DNA of 14,823 nucleotides from Hominicoprocola fusiformis (lineage in GTDB: Bacteria; Bacillota; Clostridia; Oscillospirales; Oscillospiraceae): the NCBI GenBank assembly GCA_040095065.1, contig JBBNGO010000061.1:1-14823 (forward strand), given 5' to 3'. The notes beneath the pieces were generated by a model, which worked only from the letters and a program-made list of their open reading frames with translations, was not told where the DNA came from and did no database searches. Positions 6,819-13,659 of this stretch are shown here, piece after piece; positions within the stretch are counted from its first letter, which is position 1; every line of letters starts with the position of its first letter. A program made the translations under genes and the position numbers.

Positions 6819-7787
6819 ATGCCGCTCGTAACATCTACTGAAATGTTCAAAAAGGCCTATGACGGCGGGTACGCCATCGGGGCGTTCAACGTCAACAACA
6901 TGGAGATCGTGCAGGGTATCACCGAGGCCTGCCAGGAAGAGCACGCGCCCGTGATCCTGCAGGTCAGCAAGGGCGCCCGCGCCTACGCGAACCACACCTA
7001 CCTCGTCAAGCTCGTGGAAGCTGCTGTCGAGTGCTGCCCCGATATCCCCATCGTGCTGCACCTTGACCACGGCCCGGACTTCGAGACCTGCAAGTCCTGC
7101 ATCGACGGCGGCTTCACCTCCGTCATGATCGACGCCTCCTCCAAGCCCTTTGCCGAAAATATCGAGATCACGAAGAAGGTCGTCGAGTACGCACATGACC
7201 ACGGCGTCGTGGTCGAGGCCGAGCTCGGCACCCTCGCCGGTATCGAGGACGAGGTCAAGGTCGCCGCGCACGAGGCGTCCTACACCCATCCCGAAGAAGT
7301 CGAGGAATTCGTCTCCAAGACCGGCTGCGACTCCCTTGCCATCGCCATTGGTACCTCTCACGGCGCTTACAAGTTCAAGCCCGAGCAGTGCACCGTCAAT
7401 GAGCAGGGCATCCTCGTCCCGCCCCCGCTGCGCTTCGATGTGCTGAAGGAAGTCTCCAAGCGTCTGCCCGGCTTCCCCATCGTGCTGCACGGCTCCTCCT
7501 CCGTCCCGCAGGAGTATGTCAAGATGATCAACGAGCACGGCGGCAAGATGCCCAACGCTATCGGCGTGCCCGAGGATCAGCTGCGCGAGGCCGCAAAGCT
7601 CTCCGTCTGCAAGATCAACATCGATTCCGACCTGCGCCTTGCCATGACCGGCACCGTGCGTGCTTTCCTCGATGAGCACCCCGACAAGTTCGACCCGCGT
7701 GAATACCTCAAGCCCGCCCGTGCCAACATCAAGGAGCTCGTCCGCCACAAGCTCGTCGACGTGCTCGGCTGCGCCGGCAAGGCCTAA
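6819..7787 (+). CDS. fba: Class II fructose-1,6-bisphosphate aldolase
   Basis: 322 aa. The N-terminus (YAIGAFNVNNMEIVQGI), the zinc ligand blocks (VLHLDHGPD, IAIGTSHGAYK, VLHGSSSVP) and KINIDSDLR are typical of the class II FBA/tagatose-bisphosphate aldolase family. SD GAAGGAGAA lies upstream. Confidence 0.9.
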   Translation: MPLVTSTEMFKKAYDGGYAIGAFNVNNMEIVQGITEACQEEHAPVILQVSKGARAYANHTYLVKLVEAAVECCPDIPIVLHLDHGPDFETCKSCIDGGFTSVMIDASSKPFAENIEITKKVVEYAHDHGVVVEAELGTLAGIEDEVKVAAHEASYTHPEEVEEFVSKTGCDSLAIAIGTSHGAYKFKPEQCTVNEQGILVPPPLRFDVLKEVSKRLPGFPIVLHGSSSVPQEYVKMINEHGGKMPNAIGVPEDQLREAAKLSVCKINIDSDLRLAMTGTVRAFLDEHPDKFDPREYLKPARANIKELVRHKLVDVLGCAGKA

Positions 7788-7805
7788 GCGATAAGGAGAA
7801 CTGCT

Positions 7806-9044
7806 ATGAGTGAATTGAAAGGCGCGTGCATCATCGGCCAGTCCGGCGGCCCGACCTCCGTCATCAACGCGAGCGCTTACGGCGTCATCCGCACGGCGCT
7901 CGATTCCGGCTGCATCACGAATGTCTACGGCGCAGAGCACGGTATCAAGGGCGTGCTCGAAGACCGCCTGTTCGACATGAGTCAGGAAGACCCGAAGGAG
8001 CTGGAGCTTTTAAAGTACACCCCCTCCTCCGCCCTCGGCTCCTGCCGCTACAAGATGAAGGACCCCGACGAGGACGACACCGATTACAAGCGCATCCTTG
8101 AGGTATTCAAAAAGCACGACGTCCGCTATTTCTTCTACAACGGTGGAAATGACTCGATGGATACCTGCAATAAGATCAGCAAGTACATGCAGAAGGTCGG
8201 CTACGAGTGCCGCGTCATGGGCGTTCCCAAGACGATCGACAACGACCTTTACGGCACCGACCACTGCCCCGGCTACGCCAGCGCCGCCAAGTACATTGCA
8301 ACGAGCCTGATGGAGGTCTATCAGGACGCGCACGTCTACGACACGGGCATGATCTGCATTGTCGAGATCATGGGCCGCCACGCCGGTTGGCTGACTGCCG
8401 CCGCCGCGCTCGCGACGAAGTACGGCGCGGGTCCCGACCTCATCTACCTGCCCGAGACTGATTTCGACATGGACACGTTCCTTGCCGACGTCGAGCGCAT
8501 CTACAAGGAGACCGGCAGCTGCATGGTCGCCGTGTCCGAGGGCATTCATTATGCCGACGGTAGCTTTGTCTCCGAGGCCAAGACCAGCGCGACGGACGGC
8601 TTTGGCCACGCGCAGCTCGGCGGCCTCGCCGCGCTGCTGGCGAGCATCGTGAAGGAAAAGACCGGCGCGAAGGTGCGCGGCATTGAGCTGTCGTTGCTCC
8701 AGCGCTGCGGCGCACACCTCGCAAGCGAGACCGATATCGAAGAGGCCGTCATGGCCGGTCGTGCCGCGGTGGAGAACGCCGTCGCCGGCATCACCGACAA
8801 GATGGTCGCCTTCGAGCGCGAAACCGTGAACGGCCACTACGTTTGCAAGACGAAGCTGCTGCCGCTCACCTCAGTCGCGAACTTCGAGAAGAAGATCCCG
8901 CTCGAGTGGATCAACGATGCGCACAACGGCGTCAAGCAGGAGTTCATTGACTATGTCCTCCCCCTCATCCAGGGCGAGCCCAAGCTCCCGAAGGAGGACT
9001 CCCTCCCCCGTTTCGCCAAACTCAAAAAAGTGCTGGCCAAGTAA
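7806..9044 (+). CDS. pfp: 6-phosphofructokinase family protein, predicted pyrophosphate-dependent (PPi-PFK)
   Basis: 412 aa. PFK family motifs are present: GQSGGPTSVINAS, YNGGNDSMDT, GVPKTIDNDL, EIMGRHAGWL. Asp (GGNDS) and Lys (PKTIDND) occupy the positions that are Gly104 and Gly124 in E. coli ATP-PFK. SD AAGGAGAA lies upstream. It starts 18 nt after fba. Confidence 0.85.
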   Translation: MSELKGACIIGQSGGPTSVINASAYGVIRTALDSGCITNVYGAEHGIKGVLEDRLFDMSQEDPKELELLKYTPSSALGSCRYKMKDPDEDDTDYKRILEVFKKHDVRYFFYNGGNDSMDTCNKISKYMQKVGYECRVMGVPKTIDNDLYGTDHCPGYASAAKYIATSLMEVYQDAHVYDTGMICIVEIMGRHAGWLTAAAALATKYGAGPDLIYLPETDFDMDTFLADVERIYKETGSCMVAVSEGIHYADGSFVSEAKTSATDGFGHAQLGGLAALLASIVKEKTGAKVRGIELSLLQRCGAHLASETDIEEAVMAGRAAVENAVAGITDKMVAFERETVNGHYVCKTKLLPLTSVANFEKKIPLEWINDAHNGVKQEFIDYVLPLIQGEPKLPKEDSLPRFAKLKKVLAK

Positions 9045-9054
9045 ATTTTTCAGT

Positions 9055-9092
9055 AAAAAAGGAACCGATTCAAAAGAATCGGTTCCTTTTTT
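9055..9092. terminator. Bidirectional rho-independent terminator between convergent genes
   Basis: A6 (9055-9060), 11-bp stem GGAACCGATTC/GAATCGGTTCC (9061-9071 / 9076-9086) with a 4-nt loop, then T6 (9087-9092). It sits between the pfp stop (9044) and the stop of the minus-strand gene (9114). Confidence 0.85.
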
Positions 9093-9113
9093 ATCCTGGT
9101 CCACGCATTCCGC

Positions 9114-9899
9114 TTATTCCGTGGACCACTCGCCGAGAATATCTGTGGTAAGCGGCAGCGTTGTTTCCTTCGTGCCGCTTTCCGTGTAGAGCGTCAGCGT
9201 AACGGTATTGTTCTGTGCGTGATAGGTCTCCGCCCGCGCGGTCACGCCGAGGGGCGCACTCAGGCGCGCAAGCTGCGCGTCCGCCTTATCCCAGTCGACC
9301 TCACTGCGCTGAGAGCCCCCCTCCGCGGCGTTCCAACGGTAGACAAAAACACACGACATGCCGTCGCCAAAGGTGCTGCGCGTAATGAGTTCGCTGCGCC
9401 CATCTCCCGTGAGATCAAGCGGCCACGCACCGTCGCCTTCCGCCGCATCATCAAAGTCATAGCCAAAGGCCCTGCCCGCATAGACAAAGCCCTGCTCCGT
9501 CAGCGCATAGAAGTCACAAACTGTCATAACTATGCCTTGGATCGTTTCAAGCTCGAAGCCCGGAAATCCGAGCACATCGTCCCGTGCGGTGAGGGAGACT
9601 TTTTCGGCAGCGTTGCCATTCCCGATCCAAGTGCCGCGATCCACGCCGAACGGTATGTCGATCTCCGCACCGTCCGCGCCAAAGAGCGCGTAGCGCGCAT
9701 AGCCAGCCTCATCCGGCTCGTAGACCTTCAGCGTGACAGTCTAACCGCCGACCTCCTCGGTCTGCGTGAGCAGCGCGGTGGGCGCGTCCGCCTCCTCCGG
9801 TGGCAATTCCTCTATGATGGGCTGCGGGGTGCGGCTTGCTAAGATAATGCTGACAAGCGCCGCTGCCACCAGCAGCGGCAGCGCGATCTTTCGGCTCAT
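9114..9899 (-). pseudogene. Secreted/membrane-anchored hypothetical protein with an FG-GAP-like DxDGDG motif, interrupted by one in-frame TAG
   Basis: ATG 9899 has SD CAGGAGGAAGAGG upstream and encodes a signal/anchor peptide (MSRKIALPLLVAAALVSIILASR...). Codon 53 is TAG (9741-9743). The same frame continues without further stops to 9114 and includes the 176-aa track ORF, whose start at 9644 is really an internal GTG. GC3-rich coding character persists on both sides. DLTGDGRSELI resembles an FG-GAP/VCBS calcium-binding loop. Confidence 0.6.
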
Positions 9900-9932
9900 A
9901 TCCTCTTCCTCCTGTTATCCTTCTTATAGAAC

Positions 9933-9961
9933 AGCATAACAGCGGGCAGCGGAAATGACAA
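9933..9961 (-). promoter_or_regulatory. Candidate sigma-A-type promoter for the 9899 gene
   Basis: On the minus strand: TTGTCA (9961-9956), a 17-nt spacer, then TATGCT (9938-9933). It lies 33 nt upstream of ATG 9899. The -10 match is only moderate. Confidence 0.3.
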
Positions 9962-9996
9962 GTTACAAAGCGATGACATTCCAGTTACAGGAATGT

Positions 9997-10029
9997 AACA
10001 AAGCGAGAGGAACCTCCTCTCGCTTTGTT
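9997..10029 (-). terminator. Strong hairpin immediately after the spoIVA stop (terminator-like, no clear U-tract)
   Basis: 14-bp stem AACAAAGCGAGAGG/CCTCTCGCTTTGTT (9997-10010 / 10016-10029), 3 nt beyond the stop at 10033-10035. A second 7-bp hairpin ACATTCC/GGAATGT follows at 9976-9996. The minus-strand sequence after the stems is not T-rich. Confidence 0.4.
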
Positions 10030-10032
10030 TCT

Positions 10033-11514
10033 TTACAGGATGATACAGATGAGACCGCCCGTGCCCTCGTTGATGATGCGCTCAAGCGTCTGGCGGAGCT
10101 TGAGGCGCGCGTCGTCCGGCATGTGCTTGAGCTTTGCCTGTAAGTCTTCGTTCACGATCTCGTGGAAGCTGCGGCCGAAGATGTTGGACTGCCAGATCTT
10201 CGTCGTGTCGCCCTCGAACTCCTGCAAGAGGTAGTTGACCATGTCTTCGCTCTGCTTTTCGTTGCCGACGATGGGCGAAACGGTCGTTTCGATGTCGGCG
10301 CGGATGATATGCAGGCTCGGCGCGCTCGCCTTGAGCCTCACACCGTAGCGCCCGCCCTGCTTCATGATCTCCGGCTCCTCCAAGTTCAGCTCGTCGACCG
10401 TCGGCACAACGATGCCGTAGCCTCTCTCGCGCGCATCGGACACCGCCTGCGCCACCTTGTCGTACTCCGCCTTGACCGACGAGAGCTCAGTGAGAAGGCT
10501 CAGCAGATCGCCGTCATCCTTCACATCGAAGCCCGACTGCTCGCTCAGCGTCCGGTAGAACAGCGCGCGCGGGAGCTGCAATTCCGCCGCGGCGACGCCC
10601 GTGCCGAGCTGAATGGACGTGATGCGCGCGCTGCTGACGCTTTCGCAGCCGCCGATGGCGCTGATTGCGCCCTGCACCTCTCGGATACAGTGGAGGCTGC
10701 CTGTGTTCTCGCGGATGGCCTGATAGAGGCCGCTTTTGATCGGGTGATCGTCGGCAAGCGCCTCGACCCACGGCGGGATGAAGAGGTCCAGCTCGCAGAG
10801 CGGGAACTCGTAAAGGATGGCCTTGAGAATCATTCCCACTGCGTTGTCGTCGAGCGTCAGGCAGTTGACGGGCAGACATGTCACGCCGTAGCGTGAAGCG
10901 ATATCCCTTGCCATTGCCTGCACGCGATCGCTTTCCGGCTCTGTCGCGTTGAGCAGAACGAGAAATGGCTTGCCGATCTCCTGCAATTCGCGGATGACGC
11001 GGCCCTCGGCCTCTATGTAGTCCTCGCGCGGGATATCAGTGATACTGCCGTCGGTCGTCACAACGACGCCGATGGTCGAATGCTCGCGGATGACGCGCGT
11101 TGTGCCAAGCTCTGCCGCCTCACTCATCGTCACCTCGTGGTCGAGCCACGGCGTTGAGACCATGCGGGGGCTCTCGCCCTCCATCTGCCCCGTCGCGCCC
11201 GGGATCATGTAGCCCACGCAGTCGATGAGCCGGACCGAGCAGCTGCTTCCCTCGTCGAGCGCGATGTCCACCGCCTCTTCCGGCACGAACTTCGGCTCCG
11301 CCGTCATCACCATGCGGCCGCTGCCGCTCTGCGGCAGCTCATCCTTCGCCCGCTCGCGGCGGTAGACATTGTCGATATTCGGGATGACCTGCGTTTCCAT
11401 AAAACGCTTGATGAACGTCGACTTGCCCGCGCGCACGGGGCCAACGACGCCGATGTAAATGTCCCCCGCCGTGCGGGTCGAAATATCCTGATAGATCTCC
11501 GTATTCATGCTCAT
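10033..11514 (-). CDS. spoIVA: Stage IV sporulation protein A (spore coat basement-layer ATPase)
   Basis: 493 aa. The N-terminus IYQDISTRTAGDIYIGVVGPVRAGKSTFIKRFME...DELPQSGSGRMVMTAEPKFVP closely parallels B. subtilis SpoIVA, including the Walker A motif. SD GGAGGAAGAAGG lies upstream. It starts 18 nt after the upstream gene. Confidence 0.95.
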   Translation of the reverse strand: MSMNTEIYQDISTRTAGDIYIGVVGPVRAGKSTFIKRFMETQVIPNIDNVYRRERAKDELPQSGSGRMVMTAEPKFVPEEAVDIALDEGSSCSVRLIDCVGYMIPGATGQMEGESPRMVSTPWLDHEVTMSEAAELGTTRVIREHSTIGVVVTTDGSITDIPREDYIEAEGRVIRELQEIGKPFLVLLNATEPESDRVQAMARDIASRYGVTCLPVNCLTLDDNAVGMILKAILYEFPLCELDLFIPPWVEALADDHPIKSGLYQAIRENTGSLHCIREVQGAISAIGGCESVSSARITSIQLGTGVAAAELQLPRALFYRTLSEQSGFDVKDDGDLLSLLTELSSVKAEYDKVAQAVSDARERGYGIVVPTVDELNLEEPEIMKQGGRYGVRLKASAPSLHIIRADIETTVSPIVGNEKQSEDMVNYLLQEFEGDTTKIWQSNIFGRSFHEIVNEDLQAKLKHMPDDARLKLRQTLERIINEGTGGLICIIL

Positions 11515-11532
11515 ACCTTCTTCCTCCGTTCC

Positions 11533-13074
11533 TCATCGCCTGCGTGGGATCAGCAGCAGCTTTCCGATCACCGCGGTGGATTCCTCCTTGAGCTCGTTGG
11601 CCGCAAGGATGGCCTCGACCGTCGTGCGGTACAGCTTGGCAATATCCCACAGCCGCTCGCCCTGCTTCATCGCGCGCAGCACGAGCGAGGGGACGTTCTC
11701 GTCCTTTTTCCCGCACTCTTCAGCCTCAAGCGACTGAAGACACGGATAGCACGGCGTTTCCGCCACGCTGACGGCAAACGTTACGGGGAAGCGCAGCTCC
11801 ACGCCGTCCGCGCCGACGGACGCGGCGATCTCGCCCGCGTACACATCCTGCACCCGCGCCTGGCCGCCGGCCGGAAGGTCAGTCTCGAGCAGCACCTCGC
11901 TCCGCCGCTCGGAGAGCAGCGGCACGGCGTTTTCGTCGAGATACAGCACGCGCAGATTCGCCGTCGCGCGCAGCGACGCGCTCTCTCCCCCGCCGCTCAC
12001 GCCCGCGCTGCTGAAGATCACGTCCGTCGCCAGCACCGTCTGCACCTCGGCCCCGGTCTCGATCTTTTCGCGCACGAGCTGCTCGCGCAGCACCAGCGCC
12101 GCGCTGTCGCACAGCTCGACCGTCTCCGTCTTCGCGGTCAGGTCGTAGGCCGTGCTGTAAAGGTCCGCCACACAGCAAACGCTTTTCACCTCGCGCACCA
12201 CTGTGAACGCGCTGATGTAGAGCCGCAGCGAGATGGCGCGGTTGTTGTCCGGCTCGCTCTCGCTGCCGACATGGATCTCCGCGCCTGTCAGGCGCAGCGA
12301 CGCGCGCACCGTCGTCTCGCCCTCCTCTTCGGCAAGGCCGTCGAGAATCTGCGAAAACGGCAGCTCGCTGCTCATGGACGCAAGGTTCCCGCTCTCATCC
12401 AAGTAGATGGCATCCAGCCGCGCGACGCCCTTGAGCACGATCTTGTTGCCGATCGACTTGCAGTCAGTCACGCGCAGCGCGCACTTTGTGCGTAAAAGCT
12501 CCTGAATGGGCTCCTTCGTGCCCGAAAGCAGCACTTCATCGGAAAACGTGAAGTCCTTTTCCCGAATGGCGCGGATGATGCCGATGTCCTTCTTTTCGCA
12601 CAGCGTTTCGATCTTGTAGGCTTCCTGCTCCTTCACGCCGCTGCACACGCTCAGCGACGCGGGCACGTAGGGCGTAAGCGTCAGCTCCACGTTCACGCGC
12701 GTAAACACCTTACGCGGATTGAGCATGCGCACTTCGCACGAGCAGAGCCGGCCGTCGAGGCAGCTGTCCGCGCTGCCGCTCAGCGCGCGCCCCTCGATCG
12801 TCTCGTCGAGCGGCAGCGTGTATTCAAACGACTTCATCCCCTGCGCGTCCTCGGCCACGTACAAAAGCGTCATGCGGACCGTGCCCGACACCTGCGCTTT
12901 TCCGTCTGCGATCTCACGGCTGCGCAGGAAAAGGCACCCGCTCGCATCCACGATGCGGGCGATGTCCGGCAGATAGTCCGGCACGATGGTCTCCGTTGTC
13001 TCCTCGCGGTTCTCGCTGAGCTGCGGTAACGCCTGATAACAGGCAAACTGCTCCTTTTTCAATTCCAGTTCCAT
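11533..13074 (-). CDS. sipL: SipL-like sporulation protein: SPOCS (DUF3794) repeats with a C-terminal LysM domain
   Basis: 513 aa. The SPOCS/DUF3794-type motif IVPDYLPDIARIVD lies near the N-terminus. A C-terminal LysM-like segment is present (GERLWDIAKLYRTTVEAILAANEL...LLIP). Size and architecture match C. difficile SipL (516 aa, C-terminal LysM), recalled from memory. SD GAAGGAGAGGG lies upstream of ATG 13074. Confidence 0.75.
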   Translation of the reverse strand: MELELKKEQFACYQALPQLSENREETTETIVPDYLPDIARIVDASGCLFLRSREIADGKAQVSGTVRMTLLYVAEDAQGMKSFEYTLPLDETIEGRALSGSADSCLDGRLCSCEVRMLNPRKVFTRVNVELTLTPYVPASLSVCSGVKEQEAYKIETLCEKKDIGIIRAIREKDFTFSDEVLLSGTKEPIQELLRTKCALRVTDCKSIGNKIVLKGVARLDAIYLDESGNLASMSSELPFSQILDGLAEEEGETTVRASLRLTGAEIHVGSESEPDNNRAISLRLYISAFTVVREVKSVCCVADLYSTAYDLTAKTETVELCDSAALVLREQLVREKIETGAEVQTVLATDVIFSSAGVSGGGESASLRATANLRVLYLDENAVPLLSERRSEVLLETDLPAGGQARVQDVYAGEIAASVGADGVELRFPVTFAVSVAETPCYPCLQSLEAEECGKKDENVPSLVLRAMKQGERLWDIAKLYRTTVEAILAANELKEESTAVIGKLLLIPRRR

Positions 13075-13108
13075 TGCAGTCCCTCTCCTTCGGCTAAGTG
13101 GTTACTGC

Positions 13109-13135
13109 ACTCTATGCACTGTGGACGCGCGTTAT
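13109..13135 (-). promoter_or_regulatory. Candidate sigma-E-type promoter for sipL-spoIVA, overlapping the spoVM stop
   Basis: On the minus strand: GCATAAC (ATA at 13135-13133), 16 nt, then CATAGAGT (13116-13109). This compares with the B. subtilis SigE consensus kmATATT / CATACAmT. The -10 ends 34 nt upstream of ATG 13074. Confidence 0.3.
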
Positions 13136-13212
13136 GCTTCCTCCCTGACGCCAAATACGCGCCGCAGCAGCGACGAGAGGACCTTGGGTGACTTCCAAAC
13201 GACAATTTTCAT
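13132..13212 (-). CDS. spoVM: Stage V sporulation protein M (26-aa amphipathic membrane-curvature-sensing peptide)
   Basis: ATG 13212 is preceded by GGGAGGGGG plus 6 nt and encodes MKIVVWKSPKVLSSLLRRVFGVREEA. This is the same length as B. subtilis SpoVM (MKFYTIKLPKFLGGIVRAMLGSFRKD). It shares M1, K2, K7, P9, K10, L12, R17 and G21. The track shows it only as the C-terminal tail of a spurious 118-aa ORF. Confidence 0.8.
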   Translation of the reverse strand: MKIVVWKSPKVLSSLLRRVFGVREEA

Positions 13213-13253
13213 GCTTTTCCCCCTCCCAATATTCATGCCCTTTTCAACCAATA

Positions 13254-13442
13254 TTAAAATCTGCGCAGGCAGCCGATGCCGCAGAAGATGAGAAGAAACG
13301 CGACCAGAAACATCAGCGCCCCCACCGGAAAAACAGCCGCGATGAAAATACCGAGCCCCAGCGCCAGCGCGCAAACACCCACGCAGCGCCACGGGCCGAA
13401 CAGCGGCGGTCCCGGCGGGCGCGGCGGCGGATTCGAATACAT
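13254..13442 (-). CDS. Small hypothetical membrane protein (Pro-rich N-terminus plus two predicted TM helices)
   Basis: 62 aa: MYSNPPPRPPGPPLFGPWRC followed by two hydrophobic stretches (VGVCALALGLGIFIAAVF, GALMFLVAFLLIFCGIGCL). A strong SD GGAGAGGAGGGG lies 6 nt upstream of ATG 13442. Codons are GC3-rich. It is co-oriented with spoVM and ends 41 nt upstream of it. I recognise no family. Confidence 0.6.
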   Translation of the reverse strand: MYSNPPPRPPGPPLFGPWRCVGVCALALGLGIFIAAVFPVGALMFLVAFLLIFCGIGCLRRF

Positions 13443-13557
13443 GCTTTTCCCCTCCTCTCCCGGCGTTCGCCTGCTCCATTCTATACAAAAGCGGCCGCCG
13501 CGTTCCTGCTTTATCGTGACAAAGCGTCGAACTTCGTCATGTTGTCCTTTGTAATAC

Positions 13558-13585
13558 TTGACATTCTCTCATCTTTATGTAATAT
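13558..13585 (+). promoter_or_regulatory. Sigma-A-type promoter for the aminotransferase gene
   Basis: TTGACA (13558-13563), a 16-nt spacer, then TAATAT (13580-13585). It lies about 75 nt upstream of ATG 13660. Confidence 0.55.
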
Positions 13586-13659
13586 TAAGAACAACTTCAC
13601 TTGATCGCGGCTCTGCGAGCGTGTTCCGCACTGACCGCAACGGAAAGGACGGCACACCC

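Noticed and set aside
9741-9743. TAG decoded as pyrrolysine.
   Set aside because: No pyl genes or methylamine methyltransferase context are visible in the window. The interrupted gene is a secreted hypothetical protein, not a known Pyl-containing family. A nonsense mutation, sequencing error or readthrough is more parsimonious.
9962-10006. Near-identical 12-mers GTTACAAAGCGA (9962-9973) and GTAACAAAGCGA (9995-10006) in the spacer downstream of spoIVA.
   Set aside because: They are short and carry one mismatch. The second copy is simply the left arm of the terminator-like hairpin. I could find no consistent spacing or symmetry that suggests a binding-site array.
13210-13222. Exact 13-nt repeat CATGCTTTTCCCC at 13210-13222 and 13440-13452, which on the minus strand gives the same GGGGAAAAGCATG initiation context for spoVM and the 62-aa ORF.
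   Set aside because: About one to two exact 13-mer coincidences are expected by chance among all position pairs in a 15-kb window. The shared bases are just a strong SD plus spacer plus ATG. It is noted as support for both starts, not as evidence of duplication.
13132-13488. 118-aa ORF as given in the track.
   Set aside because: Only the last 26 codons (spoVM) have an SD and family resemblance. The upstream part overlaps, in another phase, the better-supported 62-aa membrane-protein ORF. It starts inside the divergent promoter region with no SD.
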